Shown here one piece after another: positions 42,958 to 52,754 of a stretch of DNA of 63,632 nucleotides (the first letter of the stretch is position 1; each line of letters begins with the position of its first letter). The stretch is from NCBI GenBank assembly GCA_023386115.1, contig JAEWKL010000790.1, positions 1 through 63,632 of the forward strand, read 5' to 3'. A model generated the notes under the pieces. The model was not told the DNA's origin, ran no database searches, and worked only from the letters and a program-made list of their open reading frames with translations. The position numbers and the translations under genes were made by a program. Source of the stretch: Pseudomonadota bacterium. GTDB taxonomy: Bacteria; Pseudomonadota; Alphaproteobacteria; Rhizobiales; Beijerinckiaceae.

Positions 42958-43185
42958 TTAGCTAGGACCCTCTGGATCCTGCATCGGCTCAATGTCCGCG
43001 GCTGACGGGACATAGGCGCACCAGGTACACCTTCCAGCGATGACTCCCTCCGGCGCGTTAAACTGCGAGCATTGCGGGCATACCTCTAGAAATACCCTGC
43101 CATCCACCAGAAATGCGCGGCCTCTTCCACGGAAGTTAACGCCACCAGGTGCCGGCGCCATGAACGGCGGAATATCTGACATCAA
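42958..43185 (-). CDS. Small zinc-ribbon-like protein
   Basis: CPQC...CTWC. Confidence 0.55.
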   Translation of the reverse strand: MMSDIPPFMAPAPGGVNFRGRGRAFLVDGRVFLEVCPQCSQFNAPEGVIAGRCTWCAYVPSAADIEPMQDPEGPS

Positions 43186-43539
43186 ACCTTAACCGTTGAG
43201 GCTACTCTCAAGCCTGCGTCCGTGGCCTCGCGGCCATGGAGCAACTTTCAGGAGTTGTAATGCTTTCTGTAACCCTCTGACACATTCGTTGTTGCACCGC
43301 AACAACGAATGAGAAGCACGCCTTTGCGAAGGGAAGCTAAGCTCATAGTGGCCAGCTTGGCAGACGGCTTCTGCTGAATACGTGTACCAGCTCTGTGCGG
43401 CTTTGGCGGAGGGTGCCTATCTGCTTGCGGCTGGGCTTCTCGAGATGCCGAGGAGGTTTGGCGATGAGCGTTGCAGGCTTGCGGGTCTGGTGAGCGAGCG
43501 GGGGCGGCACTTGCCATGGCGGGGCTTCACGAAGCTCGA

Positions 43540-43850
43540 CTTCAAACCGTCCCACATAGCTTGCCGGGCTCTCTCGTGGTCAGCCTTACAGGAGCGCTGC
43601 GCATCCTGCCGATCCTTCTCGCTCACCGGCTCGATCGGGTTCCCACCGAGGTCGTAGCGCATCGATCTGGGCTGGGCGCCCGCGTGCCGGTAGCTGAACC
43701 TGCGCACGTAGAGCGGATCGTTCGCTCGCAGGTGGCGGACACAACCTCGGGCCTGCGGCGGGCGACGATCTCGGGGCAGAGGCCGACCTGGAAAGGGCGC
43801 AAGGGATCCTCAGGAGTCAGTGTTTGGAACTCGTGGGCCACGATCAATGA
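43540..43850 (-). pseudogene. ProQ/FinO-family RNA chaperone remnant
   Basis: DPLRPFQVGL..EI, frameshift, then Y...AQP.SMRYDLGGNPIEPVSEKDR. Confidence 0.65.
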
Positions 43851-44031
43851 CGTATCGCGTCAGATCGCTTGCTCCAAAATGGCAGCACTCCACCATTGCC
43901 GAAGCTGGTGCAGTGGACGGAAGCGGTCTCGACCTCGGCGGGAATGGCGGGTGGGTAGGTCGCCGGCGCCCCACGGCCTGACGCATACCCATCTCTCTGC
44001 GCCAATAGTCAACGGACTTTGGAATTCCTAG

Positions 44032-44274
44032 TTATGCTGCGCATAGCTCCTCTGACGCTTCAAGTCTGATGATGAGTTGAGCGCGATCCCACAGCTCAAC
44101 CGCGTGACTTCCCATCATCCCGCGAATAACACTCATGGCGCCTTTATGATCATAGGCAGGGATCAGCTCTGCCCAGATTATGTTGTCGCTGCCGTCGAGC
44201 AGATAAGCTCGATAGATCGGCTCGTTGCCGTCAAAAGTTTTGGCGGTAGTGGGTGTACTTTGTTGTTCAACCAC
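44032..44274 (-). CDS. Small hypothetical protein (paralog of 53487-53747)
   Basis: YRAYLL....I...I.A..D..A.......VELWDR. Confidence 0.65.
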   Translation of the reverse strand: MVEQQSTPTTAKTFDGNEPIYRAYLLDGSDNIIWAELIPAYDHKGAMSVIRGMMGSHAVELWDRAQLIIRLEASEELCAA

Positions 44275-44576
44275 GTGGCCTCCTTTCGGATAAGCTCAAG
44301 CATAAGCTTAACCCGGATGTTGATGAGCAATCTGCCTCGTAGTGGGCGGGAGTTATGCTCCCATTCCGAGAGCAGGAAAAGCATCGTAGGAGGGTTAAGG
44401 CGCCCATATTACCTCAGTATTACGTCGCGGGTTGCAACTGCAGCGACAGCAAGGTGCGACCGATGAAGAGCCAGGGACGCTGGACGCAGGAGTGCCGGGA
44501 GAGGCCGTCGGCGAGTGGTAAGCCGCCACGGCCGAGGCTAAGGGGCGGCTGAGTCGTCACCAGATCAGCGCGCCGT

Positions 44577-45048
44577 ATGTCACAGACGGCCTGGGACCTA
44601 TTCGGGGCCATGGAGCCGGGATGGGCGCGAGTACAAGCGATCTGCGACTACGTGCACGATCGCATCACCTTCGGCTACGAGCATTCGCTACCCACGCGCA
44701 CGGCGCTGGAAGCGTTCGAGGAGCGTCGCGGCGTGTGTCGATTATGCCCACCTCGCGATTTCCTTCTACCGCTGCCTCACCATCGCAGCTCGCTACCGTG
44801 CCGGCTACGTCAGCGACATCGGTCTGCCCTTGCCGCATGCCCCAGGCGATTTCGCAGCGTGCATGGAGGTCTTCCTGGGCGGCCGCTGGCATACGTTCGA
44901 TCCGCGCAACAACAGCCCGCGGATCGGCAGGATCCTGATCGCCTACGGACGCGATGCTGCCGACAGGCCCCTGACGCGCACATTCGGGCCGAACACCCTG
45001 GTGGACTTCCTGGTGACGACGGAGGAGGCTCAACCACTCACCGCGTGA
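44577..45048 (+). pseudogene. Transglutaminase-family fragment
   Basis: RVQAICDYVH, RGVCR, GYVSDIG, EVFLGGRWHTFDPRNN..RIGR; frameshifted, 5' part missing. Confidence 0.8.
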
Positions 45049-45124
45049 ATTGCGTCCGGGCTCATTCGAAGGTGGCAGCACCCGTACGAGCCAGGATCAC
45101 AGCTGCGGGTAGCATTTGGGAGTG

Positions 45125-45826
45125 TCACATGTCCTGTAGGGCGTCGCGGGCGCTCGAGCTGAACTGGCGCCGCCACATCACCACGAGCACGCCTGCAGTT
45201 GTCATGAACAGCACGTGCGGGCCGACGAACCAGCCGAGATAGGCCAGTGCGAAGAAGAACGCATACATGCCTCGATTGAAGTGCCTCCCCGCGACGACGT
45301 TCATGGCCCCAACCCGGCGAGCGGCGCGGCGGATCTCGTCCGGCTCACCGTCACACGGCGGCACTGCCCCGATTAGGATGGCCACGTAGGTGAACAGCCG
45401 GTAGGACCAGGCAAACTTGAAGAACGCGTAGGCGAAGATCAGCGCCAGCCCCGCCAGCTTGATCTCCCAGGTGGTGCGGGTGGTCTGGATGCCGAGAGGC
45501 AGGGTGGAGAACAGCGTCAACACCTCATCCGTCGAGCGCGTGAGCGTCAGCACGCTGCCGAGGGCGATCAGCGAGGTCGAGGCGAAGAAGGCGGTCCCGT
45601 TCTGCAACGAGGCGTTGACGAGGGTGTCAACCACCCGGAGCTCACGCGCGGCCAACTGCTCGGTCCAGGCGTGGCGGTAGTGATTCATGATCCGGTTGAG
45701 GCTGTTGCCCCTGCGCGAGAAGCGCTCGACCGCGACGCCGTAGCCGATCCAGGCGAGGAGGAAAGCCGCCAGTGCGGCAAGGTCGAGGAATGAGAGGTCG
45801 CTTATGCCTGTCCCTGTCATCCGCAT
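45125..45826 (-). CDS. DUF599 membrane protein
   Basis: LQNGTAFFASTS, FFKFAWSYRLF, HFNRGMYAFFF. Confidence 0.88.
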   Translation of the reverse strand: MRMTGTGISDLSFLDLAALAAFLLAWIGYGVAVERFSRRGNSLNRIMNHYRHAWTEQLAARELRVVDTLVNASLQNGTAFFASTSLIALGSVLTLTRSTDEVLTLFSTLPLGIQTTRTTWEIKLAGLALIFAYAFFKFAWSYRLFTYVAILIGAVPPCDGEPDEIRRAARRVGAMNVVAGRHFNRGMYAFFFALAYLGWFVGPHVLFMTTAGVLVVMWRRQFSSSARDALQDM

Positions 45827-45879
45827 TCCCTGTCCTGCCTCATCAGGATAGCCTTTGCCGCCCCGGCCGGTCCGCGCAA

Positions 45880-46180
45880 GGCACCATGCCCGCGAGGTCC
45901 TGTAGCAAGCTGCAAATTTCGGTGCCGACGGCGCAGTCTGAGAGCTTGGCGTTGATCGGGCAGGAGGCAGAGATCTCCGAGCGATGTTACTATCGCTGGC
46001 GCAAGGAGCACGGCGGCTTGTCGATCGATCCGATCAAGCGGTGAAGCATCTGGAGCGCTTGAATACACGCCTGTGCCGCCCCCGTGGCCGATCTGTCGTT
46101 GGAGAAGCAGGTGCTCGCGGACGTCACGACTGGAAACTTGTTGCTCCTGAGCGACGCCGGCAGGTCATCAGGGTCTCCCT
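45880..46180 (+). mobile_element. IS3-family orfA remnant
   Basis: ISERCYYRWRKEHGGL...VADLSLEKQVL; multiple frameshifts. Confidence 0.7.
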
Positions 46181-46266
46181 TTGACAGGGCCTGTACCACC
46201 TCGTTGCGATCCGCGGGTGCGAGCCGTCCAAGCCCACGATCCTGTCGCTGCAGGCGTCGCTGCAAC

Positions 46267-46301
46267 ATGGTTAATACTTCGTTGTCGTTCACGGCCCGTT
46301 C
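46267..46301. promoter_or_regulatory. CtrA-type half-site plus LexA box
   Basis: ATGGTTAA (TTAACCAT on minus) at 46267-46274; GTTC-ACGGCCC-GTTC at 46287-46301. Confidence 0.7.
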
Positions 46302-46355
46302 CCGTTGTGGAAAACCCGCGAAGCAGCCACTCCTTCGCTTGAAGCGGGGCCAATC

Positions 46356-46775
46356 ATGCAAATGCGAGCGGGAGAGCGGCTGCGCCTGACGATGTCGGGC
46401 GCGGGGTGCCGCGCTGTGGTCAGTCTGAACACCTACGCGGTCACGCAACCGGCGATCGAGGGCCAGGATCCGTCGGAGGACGGGTTCAGCTACGACGTCA
46501 CACCCTGGCTGCAGCCCGGCCGCAATGTTCTTACCGTCGTGCTGATCGGACCTGCCGCTGAGCAGCCGTTCCGGCTGGTTGCAGAGCAGGGCGGGCAAGT
46601 TCAACTCCTGTTGGACGAAGCGGAGCTCCTGCCGGTGCCTGCTCCCTGGCGGCTCTGGACCACGATCATCGAGCTGACCTCGTCAGTGCACCCGTCGATC
46701 ATTGCCGAGGAGCGGGGTCTCGCATGGCCGAGCCGGACCCGAGATACCGATCCCGGCGCCATCCTGGTCGCGTGA
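46356..46775 (+). CDS. Hypothetical protein, beta-rich
   Basis: ORF with FSYDVTPWLQPGRNVLTV; paralog at 52365. Confidence 0.75.
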   Translation: MQMRAGERLRLTMSGAGCRAVVSLNTYAVTQPAIEGQDPSEDGFSYDVTPWLQPGRNVLTVVLIGPAAEQPFRLVAEQGGQVQLLLDEAELLPVPAPWRLWTTIIELTSSVHPSIIAEERGLAWPSRTRDTDPGAILVA

Positions 46776-46803
46776 TCGGAACGCAGCGAGGGCCGACGAG
46801 ACG

Positions 46804-47259
46804 ATGCCCGTGACCAAGCGCCAGCTCGCCGAAGCGCTCCTGACGGCCAGTCACATCGCTGAGCGCGATCGCCTTGCCGCCTTCATCCGAGACGAAGCGA
46901 TGGCATTTGTTGCCAACCCGTTCCCGTCGACAACGGCCGGTGCTGCTCGCCAGCTCTGGGGGATGCGCGAGATCGAGTTTCGCGCCATGTAGGTCGCCTC
47001 GGCAGGCCTGTCTTGCCTGCTCGCGGCATTGGCACACCTGCCGACCAGCGAGCTGTTGCGCCAGGAGATCCTACGAGCCGGTACCCACAGCCTGTACCTC
47101 TTCCACCATGGTGACGGCTGCCGGATCGCTGGAGCCGTGCTGCACGGAAAGCCGCGCCAGGAGTTGCCTCAGATCAGGAGTTCGCCGAAACCGAGCGGAC
47201 GGCCGCGGAGATCGCTGAGCACTCAGCAGCTTGACCTGTTCGGTATGCACGGCGCCTGA
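46804..47259 (+). pseudogene. Hypothetical gene with in-frame TAG (46990-46992) and C-terminal QLDLF
   Basis: ORFs 46702-46992 and 47029-47259 share a frame; ends STQQLDLFGMHGA. Confidence 0.6.
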
Positions 47260-47380
47260 AGTTCACGCCTCCAAGCTGTTGAATAGACACAAAAACCAGG
47301 TGTGAAAACAACCGCTTCTTAAGCATTGGTGGCCCAAGACATATCCCAGCAGGGGCGTAGCCGCTCGTGCGCGGGAACCG

Positions 47381-48922
47381 ATGCGCGGCCACTTTCATCC
47401 TCTGCAACACCTCACCCGGCGAAGACTCGCAGCCCTGAGCGTCGCCGCGACGCTCGCGCTCGGCACTGTCACGACCGTGATGGTGCTGCAGATGCGCCAG
47501 AGCGCCTGGGATCAGGTCTCACGCACCTCGCTGAACCTGCTCGAGATCACCGAGAGCGCGATCGAACGCAACATCGAGCTCTACGACCTCTCGCTGCAGG
47601 CCGTCGTCGAGGGCTTGCAGAACCCCAAGCTCGAGGGGCTCGCGCCCGATCTGCGCCACCTTATTCTGTTCGACCGCTCGTCGACCGCCAACGGCCTCGG
47701 CTCGATCCTCGCCGTCGATGCCGAGGGCAGCGTGTTTATGGACTCGGCCTCGCAGGTGCCACGCCGCCTGCAGCTCGACGACCGCGATTTCTTTCGGGTT
47801 CACAAAGAACGGCCGGACGTCGGTCTCTACATCGGTGAGCCGACCCGCACCCAGAAGGATGCCAGGCTGGTCATCCCGTTCAGCCGCCGTCTGGCCTACG
47901 CGGACGGGACGTTTGCGGGTGTGGTCGTTGGCGCGATGGACGTGTCCTACCTTGACGGGCTGCTGCGTCGTCTCAGCATCGACCCAGGCAGCAGCGTCGG
48001 CTTGTTTCGCACTGATGGCGTGATGCTTGCTCGCAATCCCTCCAACTATAAAACCATCGGACGGAACATCGCCGGATCGGCGCATTTCCACCACTACCTG
48101 GAGCACGATGCCGGGCAGTTCGTCTCTACGGCGAAGTTGGACAACGTCGAGCGGTTCTACACCTTCAGCCACGTCGGCTCGCGGCCGCTCATCATCAACG
48201 TCAACGTCTCCGTGGCGGCGATCCAGGCAATCTGGCGACCGAAGGCCATCGGCATCAGTGCCGTCGTGCTGATCCTGTGCCTGGGCTTGACCAGCCTCAC
48301 CCTGCTGCTGCAGCGCGAGCTCGAACGGAGAGCGCGTGCCGAGTGCGCTGCCCTCGACGCGAACAAAGCGTTGGCGGAACTCGCGGCGACTGACGGGCTC
48401 ACCGGCCTGCCGAACCGGCGCCACTTCGATGCCGTGTTCGACCAGTTACAGAGCCAGGCGGAGCGCACCGGTGAGGGCCTGTCGCTGCTGCTGATCGATG
48501 CCGACCAGTTCAAGCGGTACAACGACACCTACGGCCACCTCGCCGGTGACGAGGTGCTGCGGACCATTGCACGCTGTCTCAAGCGACAGGTGAGCGGACC
48601 TGACGAGGTGGCTTGCCGGATCGGCGGCGAGGAATTCGGTGTCCTGTTGCTGGGGCCGGTCGGTCGCGAGGTGGCGTTCCGGGCCGAACACATCCGCCAG
48701 GCGGTTGCCCGCACTCAGATCCCGCACAGCGGCCAGGACAGTGGGTTCGTGACGGTGAGCATCGGCGTGGCGTGCCTCACGCCGGGTTCGGGCATGACGC
48801 GGACGGAGTGTTTCGCGGCAGCGGACGCGGCGCTCTACGAGGCCAAGCGGCGGGGCCGCAATCGCGTGATGGCGCAGCTCGATCAGGATGGTGGTATAAC
48901 TGACAGTGTGGGCGCCGTCTGA
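47381..48922 (+). CDS. Cache-domain diguanylate cyclase
   Basis: Two TM helices, periplasmic sensor, TDGLTGLPNRR, FKRYND.YGH..GD, RIGGEEF. Confidence 0.93.
   Translation: MRGHFHPLQHLTRRRLAALSVAATLALGTVTTVMVLQMRQSAWDQVSRTSLNLLEITESAIERNIELYDLSLQAVVEGLQNPKLEGLAPDLRHLILFDRSSTANGLGSILAVDAEGSVFMDSASQVPRRLQLDDRDFFRVHKERPDVGLYIGEPTRTQKDARLVIPFSRRLAYADGTFAGVVVGAMDVSYLDGLLRRLSIDPGSSVGLFRTDGVMLARNPSNYKTIGRNIAGSAHFHHYLEHDAGQFVSTAKLDNVERFYTFSHVGSRPLIINVNVSVAAIQAIWRPKAIGISAVVLILCLGLTSLTLLLQRELERRARAECAALDANKALAELAATDGLTGLPNRRHFDAVFDQLQSQAERTGEGLSLLLIDADQFKRYNDTYGHLAGDEVLRTIARCLKRQVSGPDEVACRIGGEEFGVLLLGPVGREVAFRAEHIRQAVARTQIPHSGQDSGFVTVSIGVACLTPGSGMTRTECFAAADAALYEAKRRGRNRVMAQLDQDGGITDSVGAV
48778..48922 (+). 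repeat. 145-bp direct repeat, copy 1 (3' end of the cyclase)
   Basis: Colinear with 51077-51221. Confidence 0.92.
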
Positions 48923-49012
48923 GAGCTCTCACTGCCGCTTAGAAGCAAGGCGAAGGTTCGTGATTTCACAGAAGAGCGGCCTGGCGCCATCAGAGGCGTT
49001 CGTCAGGCGGGC

Positions 49013-49693
49013 TCATGGCGAGGCGGCTGAGGCGACCGAAGCAAGGGCTGTGGGATCGCGCACGACGACGCGGTTGCGATGGATGTCGAGCATGCCCTGA
49101 CGCCGCCAAGTCTGGAGCTGCCGGTTTACCGTCTCGCGTGTCGTCCCCACGAAGTCGGCGATGTCGTCCTGCGAAATATGGAGCTCGGTGCCGAAATCCT
49201 CCGCCAAGGCCAGCAAGCGTCGCGCGATCCGTGCGGGCAGCGGCATCAGCACCGCCTCTTCGAGCCGTGCACTGACGAAGCGGAGGCGCTCGCAGAGGAC
49301 CTCGATGACGCGCATTGCCAGATCGGGACACCGGCCGACGAGGTCCAACATTTCGCGTCGGCGAACCACGAAGAGCTCCGCCGGCTCGGCCGCGATGGCG
49401 TCCGCACTACGCGACCGCCCGTCGAACAGCGCAATCTCGCCGAAGATGTCGCCGGGCCCGAGAAGGTTCAGTGTCATACGCCGGCCCGTGCTGGTCCCAG
49501 CCATGATCCGGATTTCGCCGCGGCGGATCGCGTAGAAGGCGTCCGCCGGATCGTTCTTCAGGAACAGGGTCTCGCCGCGGGTGAGGGTGCAGGTGACACA
49601 AAGGTCGGCGATGGCACGTCGTGTGTCGGGCTCCAGGCGGCCGAAGAAGGGGCTCGCGGAGAGCAGGCGCTCGAACTGGGCCGGGTCGGCCAC
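49013..49693 (-). CDS. Crp/Fnr family regulator
   Basis: GDIFGEIALFDG..RSA, SQDDIADFVGTTRETVNR. Confidence 0.92.
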   Translation of the reverse strand: MADPAQFERLLSASPFFGRLEPDTRRAIADLCVTCTLTRGETLFLKNDPADAFYAIRRGEIRIMAGTSTGRRMTLNLLGPGDIFGEIALFDGRSRSADAIAAEPAELFVVRRREMLDLVGRCPDLAMRVIEVLCERLRFVSARLEEAVLMPLPARIARRLLALAEDFGTELHISQDDIADFVGTTRETVNRQLQTWRRQGMLDIHRNRVVVRDPTALASVASAASP

Positions 49694-49966
49694 GACGGTT
49701 GCTCCGTTTGGAGCCGCGCGGACCCGGACGGATCATGAGGCCGAGCGACGATCGCACAGTACCAGCCTCACCTCAAATCCGCCACCAGTTCGGACGGGGA
49801 CCGGCACCAGCCCAAGTAGAGAACCTGCCTCAGCGCAGATGCTTCGATGAGAGGTCGGACCGATAGCGCCCGGCGTGCGCTGGCAGGCGCGCGGATTTCT
49901 GACTGCCGCGCATCGGTTTGTAGCGATCGTCGGCGTGAAAGGCCGACCCGTGAATGGCTGCGACGG

Positions 49967-50161
49967 CTATCGCTCGACCCTGAGGGGCCCAGCCCGCATC
50001 AATTCGGCTCTGACGAGTCCGAGATCCGCAAGATCACGGTCGTTGAACAGGGCGAGCTCGTGCCTTGTGCGACGACAGTCGAGCCACCGTCTGAAAGCTA
50101 GGAGCGCTGTAGCCACGTGATCCTCCTCGGCTGAAGCGATCAGCATGCCGGTGGCGATCAT
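49967..50161 (-). CDS. DUF1127 small protein
   Basis: RRW...RRTRHELALFNDRDLADLGLVR; start uncertain. Confidence 0.75.
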   Translation of the reverse strand: MIATGMLIASAEEDHVATALLAFRRWLDCRRTRHELALFNDRDLADLGLVRAELMRAGPLRVER

Positions 50162-50291
50162 CCGCGTCCGTGACGGCGATCACAGACGCAAGCGGGCGAT
50201 CTGCCGGATGAAGGATGTGGGCTGCGAGGCGTCAGGCTAAGACCAAGCCTTACAGCCCAGTTTGGCACGCTTTGATCGATGGAGATCTTCC

Positions 50292-51026
50292 ATGTCGCAC
50301 GCTGCCCGCGTTCTTTACGCCCTCATTTCCTATGCGATCTTCCTTGTGTCTTTCATCTATGCCATCGGTTTCCTCGGAGGTGGCTTCGTTCCGAAGACCG
50401 TTGACGATGGGCCGATCGTCGCGCCTTGGCTCGCCGGCGTCACGAACATCGTCCTGCTCACCGTCTTCGCGCTCCAGCACAGCGTGATGGCACGCCCGCG
50501 CTTCAAGGCCTGGTGGACGCGCCTTGTTCCGAAGCCCATCGAACGCAGCACGTTCGTCCTCCTGGCAAGCCTCGCACTGCTGCTGCTGTTCTGGCAGTGG
50601 CGCCCGCTGCCAGCGACCGTGTGGTCGGTCTCCGAGCCGGTTGTGGCATCCCTGCTCTCGGGGCTCTTCTGGCTCGGTTGGCTCGTCGTCCTCGCTAGCA
50701 CTTTCATGATCAGCCACTTCGACCTTTTCGGGCTGAAGCAGGCCATCCGGGGCTGGCGCACATCAGCGCGGGATGAGGTTACGTTCACGACGCCCTTCCT
50801 CTACAAGCACGTTCGGCATCCGATCTACCTCGGCTTCGTCATCGCGTTCTGGGCGACGCCGATGATGACGGTTGGCCACCTGCTCTTCGCTGCCATTGCG
50901 ACAGCGTACATCTTCGTCGGCATCCAATTGGAGGAGCGCGACCTCGTCGCATTCTTCGGCGATCGCTACATTCGCTATCGGCGCGAGGTGGGCATGCTCC
51001 TACCGCGCTATCGCGGCGCGCGCTAA
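50292..51026 (+). CDS. mddA: Methanethiol S-methyltransferase (ICMT family)
   Basis: FALQHSVMARP.FK.WW...ERST, HFDLFGL.Q, YKHVRHPIYLG...FWATP.MT.GHL, LEERDL. Confidence 0.8.
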   Translation: MSHAARVLYALISYAIFLVSFIYAIGFLGGGFVPKTVDDGPIVAPWLAGVTNIVLLTVFALQHSVMARPRFKAWWTRLVPKPIERSTFVLLASLALLLLFWQWRPLPATVWSVSEPVVASLLSGLFWLGWLVVLASTFMISHFDLFGLKQAIRGWRTSARDEVTFTTPFLYKHVRHPIYLGFVIAFWATPMMTVGHLLFAAIATAYIFVGIQLEERDLVAFFGDRYIRYRREVGMLLPRYRGAR

Positions 51027-51076
51027 CGCTGGCGGTCCCCGACGACTCCGTTGACGTTGAGGTGCCTATTCGATCA

Positions 51077-51221
51077 CACGCCGGGTTCGGGCATGACGGA
51101 GACGGAGTGTTTCGCGGCGGCGGACGCGGCGCTCTACGAGGCCAAGTGGCGGGGCCGCAATCGTGTGATGGCGCAGCTCGATCCGGATGGCGGCAACACC
51201 GACAGAGTGGGTGCTCTCTGA
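51077..51221 (+). repeat. 145-bp direct repeat, copy 2 (orphan cyclase 3' end)
   Basis: Encodes ...AADAALYEAKWRGRNRV...stop. Confidence 0.92.
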
Positions 51222-51314
51222 AGGTCCGGCGCAGCACGGTTGGCGGTGATCATGCCCCTCCGAACGGTCGGGGACATCGCGTGTGCAGCCATGATCCTGA
51301 GGGGTTGCGGGCCA

Positions 51315-51329
51315 TTAACGAATGGTTAA
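51315..51329. promoter_or_regulatory. CtrA box
   Basis: TTAA-CGAATGG-TTAA (TTAA-N7-TTAA, containing TTAACCAT on minus). Confidence 0.7.
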
Positions 51330-51371
51330 GCTTAAGCGGTGACGCTTGAGTGCAACATTCAAGGAGTTTGC

Positions 51372-51512
51372 ATGGCTTCGATCCGGATCAAACCGACCCA
51401 GGATGGCACCTACACACTCTATCGCAACGGCGACGCCGTCAGCACCGGCCTGACGCGCGACCAGGCAGATCAGCTCGCACTGGTACTCCGGTGTGTTGAG
51501 CACAAAATTTAA
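51372..51512 (+). CDS. 46-aa small protein not in the ORF track
   Basis: AAGGAG RBS; MASIRIKPTQDGTYTLYRNGDAVSTGLTRDQADQLALVLRCVEHKI. Confidence 0.65.
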   Translation: MASIRIKPTQDGTYTLYRNGDAVSTGLTRDQADQLALVLRCVEHKI

Positions 51513-51915
51513 GACCGATTGCGCCGATGAGGCGCAGGTTGAGGAGTCAAGTCGTTAAGTAGTGTCGCCAGAGGTGACCAGACGGCTAAAGCAGCTGAAT
51601 TTTGCAATCGTGATATCAAGGAGAGCAGCCATGAAGGCAGCCTTTACCCAGGCCGTTCGGCTCTCACGGATTTGGCCTCTTCAGAGCCGGAGATCCCTGC
51701 ATTCGCAGCCTGGTGTGCGTCGACCTGAGGGGAGTTCGACACCGCAAACAACAGAGGACTGGGCTCGGTTTGGTGGCGGCCTCGTAGAGGTGATTCCGAC
51801 CGTTCGCTCGACGAAGCGGCGAGGGGTTCGACGCTAATCTCATGCCCCGATCAGGATCCACTCTTGCGGGGTCTCAGCGGGAACGTCAGCGAGTGCAAAC
51901 GGGCTCCCACCTGGA

Positions 51916-52125
51916 TCAGATCCCTTCGCTGGTGACGGTTCGAGCCTTAGCCTCAAGGTCCTCGGGCGAAACCTCGTCGCCGTCCGAGGTGGACACGCGC
52001 ACTTTGTAGCCGTCGCTCTGAAGGTCGTTGACCACGCGCAGGGCGTCGACGGCCGAGGCGGCCTTCTCAGCAACAGTTGGCCGGTCTGTGTTCGAGAGGT
52101 TCGCGCCAGCGATGATGTAGCCCAT
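51916..52125 (-). CDS. Small hypothetical protein
   Basis: AGGAGG RBS; MGYIIAG...SAVDALRVV..L...G. Confidence 0.65.
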   Translation of the reverse strand: MGYIIAGANLSNTDRPTVAEKAASAVDALRVVNDLQSDGYKVRVSTSDGDEVSPEDLEAKARTVTSEGI

Positions 52126-52275
52126 TGATCCTCCTTGGCACCCAGCGAGCCAGAGCTCGGAGGACGCTTTCGCTTCCGCCTCGATCAGACGCAAGAAGCC
52201 CCGTCACACCAGGCAGGCACGACGAGGCTCCCAGGAACGGGCGGGGCTGCCGGTCGAGGCAAGCGTGACCGCAAC

Positions 52276-52310
52276 ATGGTTAATGAACCGTTGCCGTTCT
52301 ACTCTCGTTC
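52276..52310. promoter_or_regulatory. CtrA-type half-site plus LexA box (second copy)
   Basis: ATGGTTAA at 52276-52283; GTTC-TACTCTC-GTTC at 52296-52310. Confidence 0.75.
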
Positions 52311-52364
52311 TAGTTGTAAGAGCCTCAAGAAACCGTCAGTCTCGGCTGCAAAACGGGGCCGCTC

Positions 52365-52724
52365 ATGCAGATCCGAACCGGGGAACGGCTGCGCCTGACG
52401 ATGTCAGGAGCAGGATTGCCGTGCTGTCGTCAGTCTCAACACGTTCGCGGTCACTGAGTCAGCTATCGAAGGCTTGGCTCCCTCTGAGGACGGCTTCACC
52501 TACCATGTCACGTCTTGGTTGAGACCCGGTCAAAACATTCTCACCGTTGTGCCGATTGGATCGACTGCCGGCATGCCATTCCGGTTAGTGGCCGAGTGTG
52601 CCGGACGATCGCTCCTCATGCTCGAGAGGCAGAGTTCCTGCCCACGACCACACCGTGGCGGCTATGGACGACCACGATCGAGGCTCTCCTCGATGATCCG
52701 GCCGCGGTGACCGGAGCAGGGTAG
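52365..52724 (+). pseudogene. Frameshifted paralog of 46356-46775
   Basis: MQIRTGERLRLTMSGAG / PSEDGFTYHVTSWLRPGQNILTV / PWRLWTTTIE in three frames. Confidence 0.8.
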
Positions 52725-52754
52725 AGTCTGATTGGCACCGAGTGGCTTGGAGCG

